DNA of 15,054 nucleotides from a virus (Duplodnaviria; Heunggongvirae; Uroviricota; Caudoviricetes): IMG/VR virus record IMGVR_UViG_2657244961_000003, positions 1 to 15,054 of that record; one strand, 5' to 3'. Shown piece by piece: positions 8,923 to 15,054 of this stretch (position 1 is its first letter; each line of letters starts with the position of its first letter). The notes under the pieces were generated by a model. It saw only the letters and a program-made list of their open reading frames with translations, ran no database searches and was not told where the DNA came from. The position numbers and the translations under genes were made by a program.

Positions 8923-8936
8923 CCTTGCTCCTTAAT

Positions 8937-9548
8937 TCAAAGAGAAAAGCTAAAGCCCAGAAGGGAAGCCAAAGAACTTGAGGATTGGTTAAACGTGCTG
9001 TGCAATGCGAAGGTCATTGGGAATGACTTAAATTCAGTAACCTGATCCCGCGCATAGGTGACATCGCCGGTAGTGACCGGGAATACCGTCATCTCATTTT
9101 CCAGTTTGGTTAAACCGGAAGACAGCAACCGATAAATACGCGCATTGAGCAAATATTTAGACGGTATATTCACGGTGCCGTCAGGATTGATCACCCGACT
9201 TTTTGCCGTATTAAACCAGTCAAAAACAAGGCCATCACCGGTATCCCTGACCATCATTGTTATCTGCCCAGGAGAACGCTCCGTTGGCTGAAGGATATTC
9301 CCTCCGCCGATTTTAATCGTTTCATATTCGATGCTGTAATCGTGGTAGGTAATGTCTTTGGCAAAGAAGTCTGCCCCCTCCAGTCCATCAACTTCGACAG
9401 AGAACTGCCATCCTTGCGCGAACAGCATTTTGTTCATGATGATTGACGTCAGCTTACCAACTTCCCGCTCACCAACGCCGGAGCCAAATAATGTCGTCGT
9501 TAATGCCGAAGATACATAAGACTTTACTGATGCAACATTAAGTCCCAT
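8937..9548 (-). CDS. Putative major tail (tube) protein (203 aa)
   Basis: ORF track; size and position two genes upstream of the tape measure gene; 14-nt gap to the next gene. No motif recognised. Confidence 0.45.
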   Translation of the reverse strand: MGLNVASVKSYVSSALTTTLFGSGVGEREVGKLTSIIMNKMLFAQGWQFSVEVDGLEGADFFAKDITYHDYSIEYETIKIGGGNILQPTERSPGQITMMVRDTGDGLVFDWFNTAKSRVINPDGTVNIPSKYLLNARIYRLLSSGLTKLENEMTVFPVTTGDVTYARDQVTEFKSFPMTFALHSTFNQSSSSLASLLGFSFSL

Positions 9549-9558
9549 ATCAACGACC

Positions 9559-10166
<608 letters not shown>

Positions 10167-10278
10167 TAGTCATTTGTCCATTGAGTGGGAATATTGCCGT
10201 CTGGGAGCAATATGGTATCATTAAGTTAGAGTAGGTAGTGTAGATGGAATGAGGAGTATCATATGGTTATCACACAAT

Positions 10279-10308
10279 CAGGTTGCTTTGAGTCAGGTTG
10301 TTTTGAGT
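10279..10308. repeat. Tandem direct repeat, 2 x 15 bp (caggttgctttgagt / caggttgttttgagt), 24 bp from the IS1 left end
   Basis: Read directly; one mismatch between the two units. Confidence 0.5.
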
Positions 10309-10387
10309 AAAACAATAAAACGCCCTTTAATGGGTGATGCTGCCAACTTACTGATTTAGTGTATGATGGTGTTTTTGAGGTGCTCCA

Positions 10388-10663
10388 GTGGCTTCTGTTT
10401 CTATCAGCTGTCCCTCCTGTTCAGCTACTGACGGGGTGGTGCGTAACGGCAAAAGCACCGCCGGACATCAGCGCTATCTCTGCTCTCACTGCCGTAAAAC
10501 ATGGCAACTGCAGTTCACTTACACCGCTTCTCAACCCGGTACGCACCAGAAAATCATTGATATGGCCATGAATGGCGTTGGATGCCGGGCAACCGCCCGC
10601 ATTATGGGCGTTGGCCTCAACACGATTTTCCGCCATTTAAAAAACTCAGGCCGCAGTCGGTAA
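10388..10663 (+). CDS. insA: IS1 InsA (transposition repressor / N-terminal part of the InsAB' transposase)
   Basis: ORF track protein [43 protein letters not shown]... is the canonical 91-aa InsA with its zinc-finger Cys motif. Confidence 0.9.
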   Translation: MASVSISCPSCSATDGVVRNGKSTAGHQRYLCSHCRKTWQLQFTYTASQPGTHQKIIDMAMNGVGCRATARIMGVGLNTIFRHLKNSGRSR

Positions 10664-11085
10664 CCTCGCGCATACAGCCGGGCAGTGACGTCATCGTCTG
10701 CGCGGAAATGGACGAACAGTGGGGATACGTCGGGGCTAAATCGCGCCAGCGCTGGCTGTTTTACGCGTATGACAGGCTCCGGAAGACGGTTGTTGCGCAC
10801 GTATTCGGTGAACGCACTATGGCGACGCTGGGGCGTCTTATGAGCCTGCAGTCACCCTTTGACGTGGTGATATGGATGACGGATGGCTGGCCGCTGTATG
10901 AATCCCGCCTGAAGGGAAAGCTGCACGTAATCAGCAAGCGATATACGCAGCGAATTGAGCGGCATAACCTGAATCTGAGGCAGCACCTGGCACGGCTGGG
11001 ACGGAAGTCGCTGTCGTTCTCAAAATCGGTGGAGCTGCATGACAAAGTCATCGGGCATTATCTGAACATAAAACACTATCAATAA
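10582..11085 (+). CDS. insB: IS1 InsB reading frame, expressed as the InsAB' transposase by -1 ribosomal frameshift at AAAAAAC (10639-10645)
   Basis: ORF track protein ...[28 protein letters not shown]...HYLNIKHYQ matches the canonical InsB; start coordinate is the ORF-track ATG, not a true independent initiation site. Confidence 0.85.
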   Translation: MPGNRPHYGRWPQHDFPPFKKLRPQSVTSRIQPGSDVIVCAEMDEQWGYVGAKSRQRWLFYAYDRLRKTVVAHVFGERTMATLGRLMSLQSPFDVVIWMTDGWPLYESRLKGKLHVISKRYTQRIERHNLNLRQHLARLGRKSLSFSKSVELHDKVIGHYLNIKHYQ

Positions 11086-11246
11086 GTTGGAGTCATTACC
11101 CAGGCATGTGTACGATATGCCCAACCCTGTTTTTCAGGGGAGGCGCAACGTTATGCGGGGGTTATGAACTCCTGGATGCGTAGCCTCCAGACAGAAAAAA
11201 CCCTCGCCACAACGTTGCATGGAGGCAACCAGCGAGGGCATTCCTT

Positions 11247-11309
11247 ATGTCTGAACAACAAGAGGATAGCCGCAAGCAGTTGCTGTTGCAAGTGTGCGGA
11301 GCTTCGTAA
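11247..11309 (+). CDS. Candidate 20-codon leader-type small ORF (MSEQQEDSRKQLLLQVCGAS)
   Basis: GAGGG about 8 nt upstream of the ATG; stop overlaps the start of the next small ORF (TAATG). Prediction from sequence only. Confidence 0.2.
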   Translation: MSEQQEDSRKQLLLQVCGAS

Positions 11310-11425
11310 TGACTCTTCAAAAAGCTTGCAAGTGGGTTGTGACCAACATCATTGTTCCTGTCATCATCGGAGCTTCAAGTTCTGTGTTGGCATCAGTGAT
11401 TGCCTCACTTCTCCACATTGCATAA
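11309..11425 (+). CDS. Candidate 38-aa hydrophobic small protein (MTLQKACKWVVTNIIVPVIIGASSSVLASVIASLLHIA), possible single-pass membrane peptide
   Basis: Overlapping TAATG with the upstream short ORF; strongly hydrophobic; followed about 55 nt downstream by an intrinsic terminator. Not in the ORF track (below its length cutoff). Confidence 0.3.
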   Translation: MTLQKACKWVVTNIIVPVIIGASSSVLASVIASLLHIA

Positions 11426-11479
11426 CAACATTGAAGGGCGTTAGTTCGCAGTGTAACAGCAGCGCGTTGCGCCCGAACA

Positions 11480-11514
11480 GGCCACAGGGTAAAACCTGTG
11501 GCCTTTTTCGTTTT
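11480..11514 (+). terminator. Rho-independent terminator (9-bp GC-rich stem, 6-nt loop, T5 run)
   Basis: ggccacagg gtaaaa cctgtggcc tttttcgtttt. Confidence 0.5.
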
Positions 11515-11551
11515 AGCCAGCCACAAATCCACATTGAAAAACGCCTTATAC

Positions 11552-11583
11552 AAAAAAACCTGCCAGCTAACTGGCAGGTTTCT
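11552..11583. terminator. Bidirectional terminator hairpin (8-bp stem, 4-nt loop) flanked by A7 upstream and TTTCT downstream
   Basis: aaaaaaa cctgccag ctaa ctggcagg tttct; on the minus strand the stem is followed by a 7-T run, so termination is predicted to be stronger for leftward transcription. Confidence 0.5.
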
Positions 11584-11658
11584 GAGCAGATCGACCAACC
11601 CGATCTGGATCGGACTGGAAAAATTTGCTCTAATAAATTTCGTTTTCTAAGTGCAAAG

Positions 11659-11682
11659 AATCACCATTTCGAGCTGGTGATT
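11659..11682 (+). promoter_or_regulatory. 8-bp-arm palindrome (aatcacca N8 tggtgatt) 27 nt upstream of the antirepressor-like gene; candidate operator
   Basis: Read directly; flanked by tgcaaa hexamers at 11652-11657 and 11692-11697. Confidence 0.3.
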
Positions 11683-11709
11683 GAAGGTTGATGCAAATTT
11701 GGAGAAAAA

Positions 11710-12510
11710 ATGCAACAAACATTCTATGCGGATATGAATATATCAAACCTTCATCAAAATGTCGATCCTTCAACCACTCTGCCTGTTATTTGTGGTGTTG
11801 AAATTACGACCGACCGCGCTGGCCGTTACAACCTTAATGCTCTACACAGAGCGAGCGGACTCGGTGCCCATAAAGCGCCAGCTCAATGGCTAAGAACGCT
11901 GTCAGCCAAACAGCTCATCGAAGAGCTTGAAAAAGAAACTATGCAGAATTGCATAGTTTCGTTCGAAGGCCGTGGCGGCGGCACTTTTGCCCATGAATTG
12001 CTCGCTGTGGAGTACGCAGGCTGGATTTCTCCCGCGTTTCGGCTGAAGGTAAACCAGACATTTATCGACTATCGAGCCGGAAGATTACAACCTGCTATTC
12101 CGCAGAGTCTCCCTGAAGCTCTCCGTTTGGCTGCCGACCTGGCAGAGCAAAAGCAACGGCTGGAGCAAAAAATGCTGATGGATGCACCTAAAGTCGAATT
12201 CGCCGAACGCGTTGCTACCGCCAGCGGGGTTCTAATCGGCAACTATGCCAAAGTGCTCGGCCTGGGCCAAAACTATCTCTTCACCTGGTTGCGTGATAAC
12301 GGAATTCTGATCGCAACCGGTGAACGCAGGAACGTCCCCAAACAAGAATACATATCCCGTGGGTATTTCACCCTTAAAGAAACCGTGATCGATACAAGCA
12401 ATGGAAGCAGGATTTCTTTCACGACTCGTATAACCGGCAAAGGTCAGCAGTGGCTGATGAAGCGATTGCTTGATGCTGGTGTGCTGGTACCTGTCGCGGC
12501 AACGCGCTAA
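11710..12510 (+). CDS. Phage KilA-N domain / antirepressor-like protein (266 aa)
   Basis: ORF track; GGAG Shine-Dalgarno 6 nt upstream; N-terminal region (YNLNALHRASGLG...FEGRGGGTFAHELLAVEYAGWISPAFRLKV) resembles the KilA-N / Ant N-terminal fold as I recall it, with an Ant-like C-terminal half. Confidence 0.65.
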   Translation: MQQTFYADMNISNLHQNVDPSTTLPVICGVEITTDRAGRYNLNALHRASGLGAHKAPAQWLRTLSAKQLIEELEKETMQNCIVSFEGRGGGTFAHELLAVEYAGWISPAFRLKVNQTFIDYRAGRLQPAIPQSLPEALRLAADLAEQKQRLEQKMLMDAPKVEFAERVATASGVLIGNYAKVLGLGQNYLFTWLRDNGILIATGERRNVPKQEYISRGYFTLKETVIDTSNGSRISFTTRITGKGQQWLMKRLLDAGVLVPVAATR

Positions 12511-12539
12511 CAGACGTAGTAAGAACCACCAGCATTGTA

Positions 12540-13385
12540 ATGCTGGCTAAAGTCACTTTCCTGAGCTGTATAACGATGAGCGATTTTACTTTTTCTGGCT
12601 ATGAATTGGCCTGCTTTGTAACACACTCCGGTCTATCCCGTAGCGCCGGGCATATCCTGTCGCAATGTGCAAATCTCGCGGCAACAACCAGTGAATACTT
12701 CATTCACAAGCCTCACCGCCTGATCGCGGCAGAAACTGGTTATAGCCAATCAACCGTCGTTCGTGCATTCCGTGAAGCTGTAAACAAAGGAATTCTGTCT
12801 GTAGAGATTGTTATCGGCGATCACCGTGAACGTCGCGCTAACCTGTACCGGTTTACACCATCCTTTTTGGCCTTCGCACAACAAGCCAAAAATGCGCTGA
12901 TTGAAAGCAAATTAAAGATCTCTTCAGCGGCAACCAAGGTTAAAGCTGTTCTCGCTAAGACATTGGCTTTATTTAATTTTTTATCCACACCCCCATGTCA
13001 AAATGATACCCCCTCCCCCTGTCAGGATGACGTGGCAATAAAGAATAAGAAGTCACAAATTAAAAAAACAAAAAGATCAGTTTCCGGCGGTACCGGAACG
13101 ACCAGCCTCAAAAAACTGACTTCATGGATCGCTGAGGCAAAAGCAAAGGCTGACAATCTGCGGTTATCCAAAAAACGCGCTCAAAAACATGAGTTCAAGC
13201 AGAAAGTAGAGGCGGCAGCGCGGAAATATGCTTACCTGAAGAACAAGCGTTCTCCTGATATTGGCTGGATATCAAACTTCGATAATCTACCGCATTGCAT
13301 GACGGTAAACGAAGCACTTAATGCGGTATTAGCCAAAAATAAAGATAACGAACAATGGGGTATACCGGTAGGATTCAGAGGGTGA
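12540..13385 (+). CDS. Hypothetical HTH-domain protein with Lys-rich coiled-coil C-terminus (281 aa); possible phage regulatory/replication-associated protein
   Basis: ORF track; helix-turn-helix-like segment LIAAETGYSQSTVVRAFREAVNKGILS; basic C-terminus. Neither the ATG at 12540 nor the alternative in-frame ATG at 12576 has a convincing Shine-Dalgarno, so the start is uncertain. Confidence 0.55.
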   Translation: MLAKVTFLSCITMSDFTFSGYELACFVTHSGLSRSAGHILSQCANLAATTSEYFIHKPHRLIAAETGYSQSTVVRAFREAVNKGILSVEIVIGDHRERRANLYRFTPSFLAFAQQAKNALIESKLKISSAATKVKAVLAKTLALFNFLSTPPCQNDTPSPCQDDVAIKNKKSQIKKTKRSVSGGTGTTSLKKLTSWIAEAKAKADNLRLSKKRAQKHEFKQKVEAAARKYAYLKNKRSPDIGWISNFDNLPHCMTVNEALNAVLAKNKDNEQWGIPVGFRG

Positions 13386-13553
13386 TAGATTGCTCTAATT
13401 ATAACCATGCATACTTTCAACACCTCTAGTTTGCCATGAGGAAAACTCATAGGCGTCCTGGTAAGATGACGTAGTTAGCAAATCAGAACGTCCCATTATT
13501 GCAATTAATAAACAACTAACGGACAATTCTACCTAACAATAAGTGGAGTTAAC

Positions 13554-14258
13554 ATGTTGAACCGAAGAACATTTAATGTATTCTGCGATGAATCCTGTCA
13601 CCTACTAAATGATCATAATAAAGTCATGGTATTGGGTGCGCTTTGGTGTCCTGGCACTATCACAAAAAAAATTGCTAGAGACATCAAGGGATTAAAATTA
13701 AAACACAATTTAAAACCTGATTTCGAAATCAAGTGGACTAAAGTATCTGCGTCCAAAGTTGAATTTTACTTAGAGGTCGTAGATTACTTCTTCAGCAACC
13801 CAGCATTGCGCTTTAGAGGTGTTGTTGTTCCTGATAAAGAGCAACTGGACCATGCTCGATTCCATCAAGATCACAATACTTTCTATTATAAGATGTTTTT
13901 TTATGTCTTAAAAAACATAATAGAAAGTAACAACACATACAATATCTACCTAGATATAAAAGATACTTTAGGTATTGAAAAAATTGAGAAATTAAGAGGA
14001 GTTCTTCACAATGATCGCTATGATTACAATCATGAGTCGATAAACAGAATTCAACATATACGATCTCATGAAGTGCAACAATTGCAGCTAACGGATCTTT
14101 TCATTGGTGCGTTAGGCTACGTTCATCGAGGAATGAATAGCAACGCGGGAAAAATCCAAGTCATAAACAGGATAAAATCACATACAAACAGGGAGTTACT
14201 AAAAAGCACTCTTCCAACAGAAAGTAAATTTAATATTTTCGTGTGGGAGGCTCGCTGA
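13554..14258 (+). CDS. DUF3800-like protein (234 aa): N-terminal DES motif (FCDES) and C-terminal QxxD motif (QLTD)
   Basis: ORF track; GGAG Shine-Dalgarno about 6 nt upstream; length and the two motifs match my recollection of the Pfam DUF3800 description (DES and QxxD, proteins of about 215-273 aa). Visibly AT-rich coding sequence, unlike the flanking genes. No search run. Confidence 0.7.
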   Translation: MLNRRTFNVFCDESCHLLNDHNKVMVLGALWCPGTITKKIARDIKGLKLKHNLKPDFEIKWTKVSASKVEFYLEVVDYFFSNPALRFRGVVVPDKEQLDHARFHQDHNTFYYKMFFYVLKNIIESNNTYNIYLDIKDTLGIEKIEKLRGVLHNDRYDYNHESINRIQHIRSHEVQQLQLTDLFIGALGYVHRGMNSNAGKIQVINRIKSHTNRELLKSTLPTESKFNIFVWEAR

Positions 14259-14722
14259 TGCTTCAAATGCCAGATTTATTGTACTTCAATGGAAGTTGGC
14301 AAGAGTATATAGACGATGTATATGATGTTGTTAGAGAAGATATTTTAATCTCTAATATAACGTTTAAGGGTCTCCCTGTTCGATTACGTTATTCACCGGA
14401 ATATGATGGGAAAGAGTTCGGATTTTGGCATTTAGTATCAGAGGGAAAAATAGAAGAAGAACGAATACCTGATCTTGAACGGTGTAAGCGGATCCGCTGG
14501 ATCGCGCATATGATAAGGAATTATGACCATTGCGATATATCATGTTGGTCTGAAAGACGAGGACCAACTGAAGAGTGGGTAATCTGGAACGAGTGTGAAA
14601 ACTACGTTGTTGTGCTATCCGCACGTAGAGACTATTGGCTTCTCAAAACAGCCTATGTTGTAACCTATGACAGTAAAATCAGAACACTCAAACAAAGCAG
14701 AAAAAGAGCACTTGGGACATAA
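14258..14722 (+). CDS. Hypothetical partner protein (154 aa from ATG 14258; ORF track starts at GTG 14243), translationally coupled to the DUF3800-like gene
   Basis: ATG overlaps the upstream TGA (TGATG) and is preceded by GGGAGG at 14245-14250, about 8 nt upstream; same AT-rich composition; no family recognised (MLQMPDLLYFNGSWQEYIDDVYDVV...). Confidence 0.65.
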   Translation: MLQMPDLLYFNGSWQEYIDDVYDVVREDILISNITFKGLPVRLRYSPEYDGKEFGFWHLVSEGKIEEERIPDLERCKRIRWIAHMIRNYDHCDISCWSERRGPTEEWVIWNECENYVVVLSARRDYWLLKTAYVVTYDSKIRTLKQSRKRALGT

Positions 14723-14729
14723 AAAAGCT

Positions 14730-14761
14730 GAACCCGACACATATTGCTATGTATCGGGTTC
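14730..14761 (+). terminator. Hairpin (13-bp stem with one mismatch, 6-nt loop) 8 nt after the stop of the two-gene operon; weak T-tract
   Basis: gaacccgacacat attgct atgtatcgggttc followed by gatcgctctttct; no clean U-run, so terminator function is uncertain. Confidence 0.3.
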
Positions 14762-15054
14762 GATCGCTCTTTCTACGCATGGTAGATGAGTAAGGTAAAT
14801 CTAACCGATCTACTTTAGCTTTTCAATAGCTAGCTATAACTTTCCGCACATATTCTTCTGATAATTCCAGTATGGCGGTTGGGTTTTCTTATGCTTTCCT
14901 GCGCAGAGGCGCACACTTATTCAGCAATAATAAATGTAATTCTTTGTTATCCCTAAGTATTTCGACACACCAATATCGTAACGTGTTCACTTGAACCACG
15001 GCAGCCTGGCGGCTGCAAATTGAAAACCGCCCCGGTTCGTCCTGTTGTTGCCGC

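Larger units (their letters stand above)
10333..11100 (+). mobile_element. IS1 insertion sequence, apparently intact (768 bp)
   Basis: Left end GGTGATGCTGCCAACTTACTGAT and right end ...AAGTTGGAGTCATTACC match the IS1 termini as I recall them; canonical InsA (91 aa) and InsB reading frames; A6C frameshift motif at 10639-10645. Flanking 9-mers differ (cctttaatg vs caggcatgt), so no target-site duplication. Confidence 0.93.

Noticed and set aside
10359-11051. ORFs 10359-10571 (+), 10421-10636 (-), 10531-10800 (-) and 10761-11051 (-) inside IS1
   Set aside because: They overlap the canonical insA/insB frames of a well-known element and are alternative-frame artefacts.
11164-11691. 175-aa plus-strand ORF and 93-aa minus-strand ORF (11317-11598) between IS1 and the antirepressor-like gene
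   Set aside because: Both read straight through two strong terminator hairpins and have Cys/His-rich or odd compositions; the short Shine-Dalgarno-preceded ORFs at 11247-11425 are a more plausible reading.
13232-13450. 72-aa minus-strand ORF
   Set aside because: Antisense to the 3' end of the 281-aa HTH protein gene and extending into the AT-rich intergenic region; no support.
14364-14624. 86-aa minus-strand ORF
   Set aside because: Antisense inside the partner gene of the candidate defence operon; no start signal.
14749-14764. tRNA-like T-loop motif (gggttcgatcg)
   Set aside because: The sequence is the 3' arm of the post-operon hairpin; no acceptor stem, anticodon arm or cloverleaf can be drawn around it.

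Overview
This window looks like a rearranged, probably defective, prophage segment from an enterobacterial-type genome. Minus strand 1-10125 is one tightly packed late operon of nine tail genes, read right to left: three small tail proteins, a 1130-aa tape measure protein with an embedded lytic transglycosylase domain, four baseplate/minor tail proteins, and an Stf-like side tail fiber whose 3' end runs off the left edge. An intact 768-bp IS1 (10333-11100, insA/insB) sits directly upstream of that operon with no target-site duplication, and no head or packaging genes are present. To the right of IS1 on the plus strand are two short ORFs with tandem terminators, a KilA-N/antirepressor-like gene, an HTH protein gene, and then a visibly AT-rich two-gene operon (13554-14722). 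The first gene of that operon carries the DES and QxxD motifs I associate with DUF3800; the second has no family I can recognise. This pair is my best candidate for an undescribed defence or abortive-infection type module. No rRNA, tRNA or CRISPR array was seen. All calls rest on reading the sequence and recalled protein families; no database search was run.
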